In this document: one piece after another, positions 1 to 14,423 of the stretch
Layout: every line of letters begins with the position of its first letter
Position numbering within the stretch: position 1 is the stretch's first letter
From: Octopus vulgaris
Taxonomy: Eukaryota
Direction: 5' to 3'
Length of the DNA stretch: 64,000 bases
NCBI GenBank assembly: GCA_951406725.2
Contig: OX597824.1
Span: 24,304,001-24,368,000, forward strand
The notes under the pieces: generated by a model
What the model was told of the DNA's origin: nothing
The model's database searches: none
What the model saw: only the letters and a program-made list of their open reading frames with translations
Program-made: the position numbers and the translations under genes

Positions 1-296
1 TTCTTTATTAGCCACACAGGGCTGCACACATACAGGACAAAATTACAAGGTAGAGCTTTTCTTTTGGGGGTAAAAGAAGGGGGTTTTGTTTTCGATCAAA
101 AGGGATCGTAAAGGGAAAGAAAGAGGACAAAAAAGGGAGGGAATAATTTTTTTTTTTAAAAAGGGGGGGATTGATCAATAGGGATCGTTATCACAGAAAT
201 GTCAATATGAAGTGTAAAGGGGAGGACAGGTGAGGTTTACCCGTGGAAAGAAAAGCCTACGGAAAAGACCACGGTAACCTCGGTCAATGAAGTCAC

Positions 297-297
<1 letters not shown>
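1..297 (-). mobile_element. 3' end (UTR/tail) of a LINE-like interspersed repeat, cut by the window edge
   Basis: Homologous to 52101-52265 (shared 'tagagcttttctttt', 'cgatcaaaagggatcgt', 'atcaatagggatcgt'). Minus strand ends ...tgtgcagccctgtgtggctaataaagaa, resembling the tail of the most abundant SINE here. Confidence 0.5.
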
Positions 298-372
<75 letters not shown>

Positions 373-706
373 GAGAAGTATTTTGAGAGACAGATAGAAT
401 GAGGAAGTTAAAAAACTAGTGAATGAGTGAGTGAGTGAGTGAGTGAGTGAATGAATGAATGAATGAAAGAGTTGACAGAAGAAAAAGGACGGAGAATAAA
501 TATAGAGGATGCTTACTCTCCCACAAGTTACACGTGTATTATTACCAACTTGTCTGCGAGCGAGATGCGTGTGTGTGTGTGTGTATGTGTGTGTATGTGT
601 GTGTGTGGTGTGTCATTATATGCTTCGGTGTGCGTATGACTTGCATTCGTGTCATCAGACACCAGATTGTGTAAATCTGTGTGCGTGTGTATTTGTGTGT
701 GTGTGA

Positions 707-785
<79 letters not shown>

Positions 786-1046
786 GTAAAAGAGCAAAAA
801 TGGGGATTGAAGGAATCCAGGCGAAGAATACCTCAGCATTGCATGCGAAAAGTCATAACCTTGAATAAGACTATGTGAAACCATAATCTTCATTTTTTTT
901 TTTTTGCTTTCTGATTGTTATATATACATGCCCACATCCACACACATATATACATACGTGCATATATAGCACCTGCATACTCACACACATGCACAAAAGC
1001 GCACACATATACACAAACAGGACACACACGCACACACATACACATC

Positions 1047-1275
1047 TACTCTTTTACTCTTTTTACTTGTTTTACAGTCATTTGACTGCGGCGATGCTGG
1101 AGCACCGCCTTTAGTCGAGCAAATCGACCCCCGGTACTTATTCTTTGTAAGCCCAGTACTTATTCTATTGGTCTCTTTTGCCGAACCGCTAGGTGACGGG
1201 GACGTAAACACACCAGCATCGGTTGTCAAGCAATGCTAGGGGGACAAACATAGACACACAAACACATACACACAC
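1047..1275 (-). mobile_element. SINE family K, 3' half
   Basis: Matches full copies at 12675 and 24647; (ttttactc)n tail on the + strand. Confidence 0.85.
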
Positions 1276-1357
1276 ATACATCGCCATGTTGATTCGCTAG
1301 CTTCTGCGCGCATTTTTTTCTCTCTCCTTGTTTCTCTCCGTGTTTCTTTTCTGTGTA

Positions 1358-1395
1358 TCTTTCTGTTGAAGAGCGTAGGCTCGAAACGTAAAAGA
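1358..1395 (+). ncRNA. Minimal type-I hammerhead ribozyme motif (A6U core) in short repeat family A (~1280-1460)
   Basis: UCUUU-CUGUUGA-A-GAGC(GUAG)GCUC-GAAAC-GUA|AAAGA. Stem I UCUUU/AAAGA, stem II GAGC/GCUC, palindromic ACGU helix III. Confidence 0.6.
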
Positions 1396-1804
1396 CTTGT
1401 TTTATTTATATTCCTGAGCGCCATACTAATACAATTGTTTGTTTATATTCCACCTGCCTTCGTGCGTGTGTGTGTGTGTGAACGCACGCGCCCACACTCA
1501 AGTACGCTTGCGCGCAAACTCATTCGAAGACAGACATAATCTCAGTTAGATCTAGAGAGATAGCTAAACAAGCATGTGTGTGTGTGTGTGCATGCAAGTG
1601 TGTGTGAGTGCATGAATGCGTCTGTATGCTTATATACGTATTTATGTCTGCATGTATATATGTAAAGTATGTATTGAAGTTTCTTATTACGTATGTATGC
1701 ATTTATGAACGTACGAATGTGTGTATTTATGTATATTTTTATATATATATACGAATATATATATATATATATAAATATAAATATATATAAATATATATAT
1801 ATAC

Positions 1805-1957
<153 letters not shown>

Positions 1958-2175
1958 CACATAACAAATGCAGCATGGAAGGTGTTTATAAGCCAATTAA
2001 AACACACACAAAAACTGTTAGATTCACTTCAGCATTTAAATTTAATTTGCCAAATTATTTTCGTCACTTTGAGACTGCGACCTGATCCCCTGACAACATT
2101 CCGTGGCTGCATCTCCGTATGTACATACATACACACACACACACACACATACACACACACTCACATACACACACA

Positions 2176-2239
<64 letters not shown>

Positions 2240-2405
2240 GTGTGGCGTAAGTTTGCAGAATAGAAAATGAAACGTGTAGACGTGATGACGTAGGCTGTAA
2301 AGAAATGCAACGTCATCAGCAGACGACTCCGTCGTTTGTGCTGAATCAAGACATTAAGACGAGAAATTAAACTTTTATCTCCGTACGTAACTATATATAT
2401 GTACG

Positions 2406-2439
<34 letters not shown>

Positions 2440-2497
2440 TGTATGTATGTATGTATGTATGTATGTATGTATGTATGTATGTATGTATGTATGTATG

Positions 2498-2528
<31 letters not shown>

Positions 2529-2931
2529 GTAAGTATGTATGTATGTATGTATGTATGTATGTATGTTTGTAAGTAAGTAAGTATGTATGTATGTATGTAT
2601 GTATGTATGTATGTATGTATGTATGTATGTATGTATGTATGTATGTATGTATGTATGTATGTATGTATGTATGTATGTATGGATATGCATATATGTATAT
2701 ATGTATGTAGATATGTATGTAGATATGCATGTATATATATGTATACGTATGTATGTGAGTGCGTTAGTGCGTGCGTACGTATAAGTGTGCGTGCGTTTGT
2801 GTGTGTGTGTTCTTGATGTATGTACGTGTGTATGCGTATGCGCATGTGTGAATACGTGTGTGTATATATATGTGTGTGTGCGTGTGTGTGTATGCATGTA
2901 TTTATAACTACATGTCTGTATACATACATAT

Positions 2932-2965
<34 letters not shown>

Positions 2966-3217
2966 GGATGCATGTATATATATGACTGCGTTTCTGTGTG
3001 TGCGTGTGTGTGCACTTGTGTACATGAATGCGTGCATATTTGTGTGTATGCGTATGTGTAATTACGTATATATCTAAGCATGCGCGCGCGCGCGTGTGTG
3101 TGTGTGTGTGTGTGTGTGCATATCTAAATACATATCGGAATGTAACTGCCCTATATAAACGAACACGCTTGTAAGTTCCTATCGTCGATAGAAAGATAGA
3201 CAGACAGACAGACAGGC

Positions 3218-3255
<38 letters not shown>

Positions 3256-3319
3256 GGACGGACAGACAGACAGACAGACGGACGGACAGACAGACAGACA
3301 GACGGACGGACAGACAGAT

Positions 3320-3387
<68 letters not shown>

Positions 3388-3445
3388 TATATATATAGTA
3401 GATGAGAGAGAGAGAGATATGAGTATATATATATATGTATGTATG

Positions 3446-3483
<38 letters not shown>

Positions 3484-3515
3484 TATGAGTATATATATAT
3501 ATGTATGTATGTATG

Positions 3516-3573
<58 letters not shown>

Positions 3574-3579
3574 CATACA

Positions 3580-3615
<36 letters not shown>

Positions 3616-4215
3616 TATACACACACATATATACGCAGGTATTCTCACACTCGCACACACATATATATGTAGGGATGCATACACACTCACCATATGCACA
3701 CGTATATCTTTGTGTGTGCGTGCGTGCGTGTGTGTGTCTTTCTACGTACGCTCATACGTACTAAAAGTACTCAATTCCAAATGAATTATGAAGCAACCAG
3801 GAAAAATACATCGTAAAAATTTCTCAGTGACGGACAACTTCCGTGTTTTCATTATTACTTTTTTTACTTTATTTTTTTGGCTTTTTTTTTTTTTTTTCGG
3901 GATTCTAATGTCGAGGAAATATCTTTTGTATTCAACAGAGCGTTGAACCAGTGAGCAAAAAAAAAAAAAACAAATACTGGTCTCTGATGACTGTTATATA
4001 CATCTCTGCGTAAACCGTTTCGAAATAGGAACGCATTCACACACATATAAGGATACCCCCTCCTCTCCTCACACTCACTCACACTTTACCATCAGTACTA
4101 CCAGCGCCTCCTCTCCCCACGCGCATGTGTCTATCTGAATATGCATGAGTGCGCGTATATATATATATATATATATATCTACACACCTATATGTATATAT
4201 ATGTATATATATATG

Positions 4216-4273
<58 letters not shown>

Positions 4274-4277
4274 CACC

Positions 4278-4311
<34 letters not shown>

Positions 4312-4325
4312 TATATATATATATC

Positions 4326-4686
4326 CTCTTTTACTTGTTTCAGTCACTTGACTGTGGCCATGCTGGAGCACCGCCATTAGTCGAGCAAGTCGACCCCAGG
4401 ACTTATTCTTTGTAAGCCTAGTACTTATTCTATCAGTCTCTTTTGCCGGATGCTGGGGGTGGAGTGGAAAAACACAGACACACAAACATATACACGCACG
4501 CACACATATATACATATATACAACGGGCTTTTTTCAGTTTCCGTCTACCAAATCCACTCACAAGGCTTTGGTCGGCCCGAGACTATAGTAGAAGACACAA
4601 GCCCAATGTGCCACGCAGTGGGACTGAACCCGGAACTATGTGGTTGGTAAGCAAGCTACTTACCACACAGCCACTCCTACGCCTAT
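4326..4686 (-). mobile_element. tRNA-derived SINE family K
   Basis: Head ggagtggctgtgtggtaagtagc...ggttcagtccc (A/B-box-like) on the minus strand, internal microsatellite, many copies in the window. Confidence 0.85.
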
Positions 4687-4692
4687 ATACAC

Positions 4693-4762
<70 letters not shown>

Positions 4763-4835
4763 TATATATTTACATACATATATATATATACATACACCTA
4801 TATAAAAATATATATATATATGCACACACACATTC

Positions 4836-4866
<31 letters not shown>

Positions 4867-5472
4867 CCTCCTCTCTCTTTCTCCTTCTTTGTATGACTTA
4901 TATTTCACTTTTCTTTTCGTGATTATGTGTATGCGTGTGTCGATTTATATATATATATATATATATACACACACATTCATACATCTCGTTCTCTCACTCT
5001 CTTTCTCTCTCTCTTTCTCTCCCTCATATTTCGTATATTTCCTTTGTTAAATTACTTAAAATTCCTTCCTAGTATACTTTTTTACTTCATGAAACAGCAG
5101 AATCGGTAGACAGCTGGGCTGGATTTATAAATCTTGCGTTATTTAGTAACATTATATTTTGAATTATAAGCATTTTTTTGTGTTCAAATACCACCGAGCT
5201 TGTCTCCGCTTCCCGCCCATTGCGGGCTCTATTAACAACAGCTAAGTGGATTTGGTTATTCTGCCATGAAAGTGTCTTCATCACGGACACAACGTGTTGT
5301 TAGAATCAGTATTTCTTATTGGTGGAGGCGAGTGATTGCTGCAGGACTAGAAATAAATCTTGGGGCCAATCGAATACAATTGCATCTGGTTTGATCTGCG
5401 GCCGTTGCTATTGACACGTCATGTATGCAACAGATATATCAGATATATCTATCTTTCTATTATAGGCGCAAA

Positions 5473-6058
5473 GGCGGCGAGCTGGCAGAAACGTTAGCAC
5501 GTCGGGCGAAATGCGCAGCCGTATTTCGTCTGTCGCTACGTTGTGGGTTCAAATTCCGCCGAGGTCGAATGTTGCCTTTCATCCTTTCGGGGTCGATAAA
5601 TTAAGTACCAGTTACACACTGGGTCGATGTAATCGACTTAATACCTATGTCTGTCCTTGTTTGCCCCCTCTATGTTTAGCCCCTTGTGGGTAATAAAGAA
5701 ATAGGTATTTCGTCTGCCGCTACGTTGTGAGTTTAAATTCCGCCGAGGTTGACTTTGCCTGTCATCCTTTCGGGGTCGATTAAATAAGTACCACTTACGC
5801 ACTGGGGTCGATATAATCGACTTAATCCGTTTGTCCTCTCTGTGTTTAGCCCCTTGTGGGTATTTAAGAAATAGGTATTACGTCTGCCGTTACGTTGTGA
5901 GTTCAAATTCCGTCGAGGTCGACTTTGCCTTTCATCCTTTCGGGGTCGATAAATTAAGTACCAGTTTCGCATTGGGGTCGATGTAATCGACTTAATCCCT
6001 TTGTCTATTCTTGTTTGTCCCCTCTTTGTTTAGCCCCTTGTGGGCAATAAAGAAATAT
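5473..6058 (+). mobile_element. tRNA-derived SINE family M, one head plus three tandem body units
   Basis: Head ggcggcgagctggcagaaacgttagcacg; body gagttcaaattcc...gcctttcatcctttcggggtcgataaattaagtacc...aataaagaaata repeated at ~5521, ~5705 and ~5875. Confidence 0.9.
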
Positions 6059-6300
6059 CTTTCTATTATAAGCGCAAGGCCTAAAATTTGTGGGGAGGGA
6101 ACTAGTTGATTAGATCAACCCTAGTGTTCAGAATCTACATATTTTATCCATCTCAAAAGTACGGAAAGCAAAGTGGATGTCTTTGGATTTTGAAATCAGA
6201 ACGTAAAGCAGGTAGAAATTCCGCGAAGTATTTTATCCATCATTCTGAGAAATCTAACAGCTCGCCACCTTAAATGTAACTGATATAAATGTCTCACTAA

Positions 6301-6508
6301 GGCGGCGAGCTTATCAGAAACGTTATATTTCGTCTGCCGCAACGTTCTGAGTTCAAATTCCGCCGAGGTCGACTTTGCCTTTCATCCTTTCGGGGTCGAT
6401 AAATTAAGTACCAGTTACACACTGGGGTCAATGTAATCGACTTAATCCGTTTGTCTGTCCTTGTTTGTCCCCTCTGAGTTTAGCCCCTTGTGGGTAGTAA
6501 AGAAATAG
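6301..6508 (+). mobile_element. SINE family M
   Basis: Same head, B-box, central domain and tail as the 5473 copy. Confidence 0.85.
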
Positions 6509-7057
6509 ATATAAACGTCTCACAAATTGGTACAACATCAGACATTTTGAGGGAGGGTACTTAGCCGATTAAATTACTCCTAAGGGCTTGATAGTAGTTT
6601 ATTTTATAAACAGCGGGATAAGAATTGAAAACCAAGATGATATCAGCGGAATTCAGAAAAAATAATCAGAACAGAAAGTGCTATAAATTACATAACGCAT
6701 TTTGTTCGTTGCACTAACGCGTCTATCAATCACCATCTTCCGTGGGCACCAACAAATTGGAATTTTTGTACCTTCAGTCTGATGCGTCAAATGCGTAAGA
6801 GAAATTATGACCTATCGAATAAACTCTAGCCTAATAATGGTTTTGAATTTTGGTGCAAGACCAAAAAGAGAAGGGTTAATCGATTAGATCGGCCCCAGTA
6901 TTTAACTGGTACTTTATTTTATCGACCCCGAGAAGATGATAGGCAAAATTGAACTTGCCAGGTTTTGAGCTTAGTGAATAAAGAGCAAGAAGAAATCAGT
7001 TAAACATTTTGCACGATGCGTTAACATCTGTCAGCTCGTCGCCTTGCTCTTGTAGAA

Positions 7058-7300
7058 TACCGTAAATCCTCGAGTATAATCCGCATTTTTTCCCAAAATT
7101 TAAAGGTCAAAATCCTTAGTGCGTACTATATACGAGGTTAAAAATGAAAGTTATTTTCTAAGCAATGTCCGAGTCTCTATTTGCTGTCCGGCAATGTTTA
7201 TTCAGACGCATTTTGTGATGTCGGGCGCGAAAATACCTTAAGCTAAGCCTGAAAGCAATGAAGTCATAAAAGAATCATCCATAACTTGCAGTAAGCAACA
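7058..7300 (+). mobile_element. Tc1/mariner-pogo type DNA transposon terminus (one end only)
   Basis: TA+ccgtaaatcctcgagtataa...gcgtactatatacgagg resembles pogo-like termini; the partner TIR was not found. Confidence 0.4.
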
Positions 7301-7779
7301 TTTATTTTTTTTAAAATTATTCAGAACACAGATTAACACGTAACAAAAACAATTTGCAAACATATTTACTTTTCGATATAACATTTCACCATTATTGTAT
7401 TACGCATGCAACATGAAATAAAGTGTCTAGCTCAAGGACACAAAACGCTGCCGGGAATCGAAATCACGACCTTACCATCCTGAGCCGAATACCCACCCAA
7501 GCCAGTAAGCCACGCGCCTTTAAATCGAAGGTACGTAGCTTTTATATGATATCAGGACGACGAAAAACAAATTCGATCAGGGTTAAGAGTTGAACCCCAC
7601 CCACCCCCACCAAATTTGTTATGCCGCTGCTCCAGAGTGTAAATCATTCCATCTTATCGTTCTACACGCTTCATTGGTTTCCTACCATCTTCAATTGTCT
7701 TTTCATTTTGTACTTCATGTCTATCTTCTCCTTTATTTTTTCGGACGCCATCTTTTTAATCATTTATCTTTCTACCTAC

Positions 7780-7840
<61 letters not shown>

Positions 7841-7870
7841 ATAATTATTCCTTATCTATCTATCTATTTT

Positions 7871-7904
<34 letters not shown>

Positions 7905-7934
7905 ATAATTATTCCTTATCTATCTATCTATTTT

Positions 7935-8015
<81 letters not shown>

Positions 8016-8139
8016 TTATTTACCTATCTCTCTACCTATCTCTCCGTCTGTCTGCCTGTCTGTCTGTTGGTCTATTAATCTGTCTCTCAGTACAGTAAGC
8101 GCTTTCTGTTTGTGTATGTGTATGTGTGTGTGTGTGTGT

Positions 8140-8179
<40 letters not shown>

Positions 8180-8454
8180 ATGCGTGCCTGCACGCATAGA
8201 ATTGTATATATGGGTCTGTATGAAGTACATACATATATATTAATATATATATATACACACACATATATATATATATATATGCACACATATACACATATGC
8301 ATATGCATAGATATGTATGTATGTATACATAAGTGAATATATGTATACATATATGTATATAAGTATGTGTGTGTCTGTTTATTTAACTTTATATCCGTCA
8401 TCCTCAACAGCCAGGCATCTGTATATCCACCACCCAGCTTTTGGCCGCCAGTTT

Positions 8455-8496
<42 letters not shown>

Positions 8497-8919
8497 TACT
8501 CTCTGTCTCACTCACTCACTCTCTCACTCAGTCACACTCTCACTCACTCATATGTGCATGTGTGCATGTGTGCGTGTATATACATGCATATGTGTGTATG
8601 TGTGCGTGTGTGTGCGCATGTGTGTGTGTGCATGTGTATGCATGTGTGCCTGCCTGTATGTATGTGTGTGTGTGTGAGTACGTATGTGCATACGTGCGTG
8701 TATGTATGTCCCCCTGGTTGGAAATATCTATTACAGTCTGTTGCTATTTTTAAACAGTCGTGTCTAAAAGGGAAACGCCCCGTAACAACAGCACTGTCGC
8801 ATTTCAGCTGACGGTTACAACTAACAAGGCTCATAATCTCCACTGCTGCCTCTCTAAGGCGCATACATATATATACACGCATGCATACATACACACACAT
8901 GCATACATACATATATACT

Positions 8920-8983
<64 letters not shown>

Positions 8984-9158
8984 TATACATATATATACGG
9001 GTGTGAGTATGTATATACATATATAAATATATATATACATATATAAATATATATATATATACATATATAAAATATATATATAATATATATATATATACAT
9101 ATATAAATATATATATATATACATATATATACGGGTGTGAGTGTGTATATATAATAGC

Positions 9159-9197
<39 letters not shown>

Positions 9198-9384
9198 GCA
9201 CACACGTATGTATACGCAAGTATATATGTAAATATATATGTATGTATTTATGTATGTATGTATATATGTATGTATGTATGTATGTATGTACGTACGTACG
9301 TACTTAATGATGTATGTACTTATGTACATACATACATACTTACATACATACATACAGACATACATACATACATACATACATACA

Positions 9385-9420
<36 letters not shown>

Positions 9421-9912
9421 TATACATACATACATATATGTATACGTACGTACCTACATATATACATGTATACTCACGATCATATATACATACATATACA
9501 CTATATAAATATGTGTGACAGAGAGAGAGAGAGGGGTGAAGAGAAAGAGGGAGAAGGCAGAGAGAGGGGTAGGGTGAGGACGAGGAAGAGAGAGAGAGAC
9601 AGATAGATAGATAGATAGACAGACACAAAGAAAGAAAGAAAGGGTAGATTCTGTGCTGCCATCGTTTTTGTTCTTACAAAGAAAAAGTGTTTGGCAGCCA
9701 ACGTAGAAATAAAACTCCTTCCTTGAAAATTTAGACAATATCTGCCATGCTACCATATATGTACATATGTATGTGTATATGACAATATGTACGTATATAT
9801 GTATGTATGTGTGTATGTATGTATGTATGTATGTATGTATGTATGTATGTATGTATGTATGTATGACTGCATCTATATATGTATTCATGTACGCAATGTA
9901 CGTATTGTTCTC

Positions 9913-9979
<67 letters not shown>

Positions 9980-10062
9980 TTCAATGTATTTTTATATGTA
10001 TCTATGTATGCATGTGTCCCGTCGTACATGCATGTAAGTTTGAGTGTATCTACGTACGTAAG

Positions 10063-10096
<34 letters not shown>

Positions 10097-10234
10097 TGTA
10101 TGTATGTATGTATGTATGTATGTATGTACGTATTCATGTACATATCTATGTATGTATGCAAGTCTGTCATTCTTATTTGAATTCCTTGTGTAAGAAAGGA
10201 ACTGGTTAGTTCCTCACAAAGATACAAAGCTCTA

Positions 10235-10280
<46 letters not shown>

Positions 10281-12106
10281 TGAGTGTGTGCGTGTGTTTG
10301 TATGTATATATATATATATATATATATATGCATGTATATATATATATACGTATGTATGTATATACGTATGTATGTATGTATGTATGTATGTATGTATGTA
10401 TGTATGTATGGTCGTTCTTATTTAAATTCTTTGTATAGGAAAGGAACTCGTTAATTTCTCACAAAGACACAAAGCTCCATCACTGGAATTTAGTATAATA
10501 AAAACGAAAAGGGCCTCATGCTGTATTACTGAAACGTTTTGCAAATTTTTGCTCTTCCGCTTACAGCTTGCCTTTGTAAAGTGCACGTTTGCTAGTAACT
10601 TACTTTGCCGGAAAACCCTTGCTCTTCAAGATTACTGCTTAGACATTTGCTAATACTGCCGGTAACACCAGCCATTATAGTATAAAATGTCGATTTATTA
10701 TCTATGCAGATAAGCTGTAGGTTTTCAAATCGCTCTCAGTAAATATTTTCCGCCATACTGATTTTGAAAGAGATTTCTACAGAGCAGCTGACCTCTGCTG
10801 CTGTACATAATTTTTCTTCTGTTCCCAAACAGCTTTGTCAATCCTGTTATGTTTGCACTTGGCCGAAGTTCTTGTGTATATATGTATGCTTGCATGCATG
10901 CGTCTATGTATGTATGTATGTATGTATGTATGTATGTATGTATGTATGTATGTATGTATGTATGTATGTATGTATGTACGGATGGATGGATGTATGTATG
11001 TATGTATGCATTTATGTATGTATCTATGTATTTATCAATGTATGTGAGTATGTATGCATGTATCAATATATGTATGTGTGTATGTATGCATAAATGTATG
11101 TACGTATACATGTATGTATGTTTGTATGCATGTATATATGCATGCATCTGTGTATGTACGCGTGTGTGTACGTTAATGTCGATATGTATGTATGTATGTG
11201 TATTTAAACATATAGGTATGTATATGTACGTATGTGTGTGTGTATGTATGCATAAATGTATGTACGTATGCAGGTATGCATGTATCAATGTGTATGCATG
11301 TATGTATGTTTGTATGCATGTATATATGTACGTATATGTATATATGCATGCATGCAAGTATGTATGCATGTATGTACATGTATGTCGATATGTATGTATA
11401 TGTATGCATGCATGTATATCTATGTATATGTATGTATGTGTATGTATACATATATGTATGTATGTGTGTATGTATACATAAATGTATGTACGTATGCATA
11501 TATGCATGTAAGAATGTATATGAGTGTATGTATGTTTGCATGCATGTATATATGCACGTATATGTATATATGCATGCATGCGAGTATGTATGCATGTATG
11601 TACACGTATGTCGATACGTATGTATATGTATGCATACATGAATATATCCATGTATGCATGTATGTATAGGTGTGTGTGTGTGTGTTTGTACACATACACA
11701 CACAAACACAAACACACTCACATATAGATTTTGTATGTATGAGCCATACATGTATGTAAATGGCGGTGGGATTAAATATAAGCATTTCTACACATTTGCA
11801 TGTATGGATGTATGACTACCATACTGCGCGTCATTTCTTACGTATGCGTTTCTTTTCCAAACAATGTATATATTCATGTTTTCTAACGCATGAGTGTATA
11901 TATATAGAATTATATCTATCTATCATCTATCTGTCTATCTACTTTCTGTCTGTCTCTATCCTTCCCTCTCTATATGTATGAATGTGAGTATGTGTATATG
12001 TCTGTGCATTTGTGTGTATATGTATATATATTATATATATATATGATGATAATGATGGTGGTGGTAGCGGTGCTATGTATATGTGTATATGCATGTGTAT
12101 GTGTGC

Positions 12107-12245
<139 letters not shown>

Positions 12246-12340
12246 GTATAGTCTTGTTTTGTTTCTCTTGTTTGATTATTTATATTCTTCCTCTTCAACA
12301 GATGGAATATTGTTGACTGGCAAAAAAATAAATAGTAGTA

Positions 12341-12411
<71 letters not shown>

Positions 12412-12674
12412 TATAATAATAATGATAATAATAATGATAATAATTATAATAGCAATAGCAATGATGATAATAATAATAATAAACAAACTGGTAGCTGCAC
12501 CAATTAACAAATCCCCGTCAGAGAACGAAAACGATGACGTAAATTGTGATAAATATCTGGAATTTTTAGTATTTCATAAAGATATCAAAAAACTCTTGAT
12601 TATGGTTTGTGACACTGAGTTTAGTATTTAATAAACAGCGGGGGAATGACTTGTATCGGATCATTTATGTATTT

Positions 12675-13080
12675 ACTCTTTTACTCTTTTACTTGTTTCA
12701 GTCATTTGACTGCGGCCATGCTGGAGCACCGCCTTTTAGTCGAGAAAATCGACGCCCGGGACTTATTCTTTTTGTAAGCCCAGTACTTATTCATCGGTCT
12801 CCTTTGCCGAACCGCTAAGTGACGGGGACGTAAACACACCAGCATCGGTTGTCAAGCAATGCTAAGGGACAAACACAGACACACAAACACACACATATAT
12901 ACATATATATATATACGACAGGCTTCTTTCAGTTTCCGTCTACCAAATTCACTCACAAAGCATTGGTCGGCCCGGGGCTATAGCAGAAGACACCTGCCCA
13001 AGATGCCACGCAGTGGGACTGAACCCGGATCCATGTGGTTGGTTAGCAAGCTACTTACCACACAGCCACTCCTACGCCTA
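12675..13080 (-). mobile_element. SINE family K, full length
   Basis: Complete head, body, internal (TA/TG) tract and (agagtaaa)n tail. Confidence 0.9.
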
Positions 13081-13403
13081 TTTGTTTTTTATTTTGTCTG
13101 GTTTGTTGTTTTGTTTTGTCTTGTTTTTATTTTTTGCTTATTGCTACAAGATTTGATGATCCCAGCCTGCATGTTTCTCGTCAAAATGTTACTCATCCAT
13201 GGCTGGTCTAGAAGCTACACAGCAGCAATAAGAGCAGGGAAATCTCCTGATCGAAGTGCATTCGATATGCATCAGTCACGTGCTGCTATATCATAAATAC
13301 GCAATACTTTACAGAGAGAGAGAGAGAGAGATTTCAGATTGCCTGGGGTTTTTTTTTTATCAAAGGGCTGTGCAGCCGGGGTTGGCCTAAAAAATAAACG
13401 ATA

Positions 13404-13833
13404 ACAGCAACAACTAAACTAATACTACTACTGCAACGCCACCTCGCGATCGATCAAGTACTGATTAAATCAAACATCAATCAATCATCAATCAAGCACT
13501 GATTTTATCAATCACATATTACAACTCCTTTGAAATCAATAGCTTTGAACAAAAGTGGCGAGGTTTTCCGAGCACGAGACCTAATGTCCCATTTTGTATT
13601 TCCTTCTCCCAGGACAAACAGCAACAACTAAGCTATTACTACTACTGCAACGCCACCTCGCGATCGATCAAGTACTGATTAAATCAAGCATCAATCAATC
13701 ATCAATCAAGCACTGATTTTATCAATCACATATTACAAACTCCTTTGAAATCAATAGCTTTGAACAAAAGTGGCGAGGTTTTCCGAGCACGAGACCTAAT
13801 GTCCCATTTTGTATTTCCTTCTCCCAGGACAAA
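13404..13833. repeat. Tandem duplication, 2 x 214 bp
   Basis: acagcaacaactaa...cccaggacaaa starts at 13404 and at 13618, with very few differences. Confidence 0.9.
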
Positions 13834-14423
13834 TTAAATTTTGTTTTTTTTTAAAGCATCAGTAACGTCCAATTGTTAACTTTTTCATTTCTTTTCTTTT
13901 GGTTATTGAGTTTTTTGTTTGTTTGTGTGTTTTTCTCGAGCTCTATGTCACATGAGACAGGATACCCGCTTTGTATGGTGTACAAGTGACCAAGATCACA
14001 AATGAAAACATTGTTCCTGAATAGGACCCTAGGTGGAGGGTACGACCCGATTACGTTGACCCTCCACTATTCTTGACTGATACTTTATCTTATCTACCCA
14101 GGTGTACATGCTTACATTGGTACAAGGGTGGCTGTATGGTAATAAGATTGCTTCCCAACCACAAGGTTCCGGATTCAGTCCCACTGCATGGCATGGCATC
14201 TTGACCAAAAGTCTTCTTGTATAGCCTTGTGCCCATCAAAGACTTGCGAGTGGATTTGATAGACGGAAACTTAAAGAAGCCCATTGTGTGTGTGTGTGCG
14301 TGCTTTGCAGTATACGTGTTTGTCCCACCCCACCACTGCTAGACAAACAGTGTTAGTTTGTTTATGCCCAGCATAATGTATTGCGTTTCCGCAATAGTGA
14401 TCTATAGAATCAGAACTTGACTT

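Noticed and set aside
2241-2392. Possible solo LTR (TG start, attaaa signal)
   Set aside because: Only ~150 bp, no clean CA end or TSD, and no second copy in the window.
10651-10672. taatactgccggtaa resembles the miR-8/miR-200 mature sequence
   Set aside because: No complementary arm at pre-miRNA distance; only ttgccgg (~10605) pairs and the seed stays unpaired.
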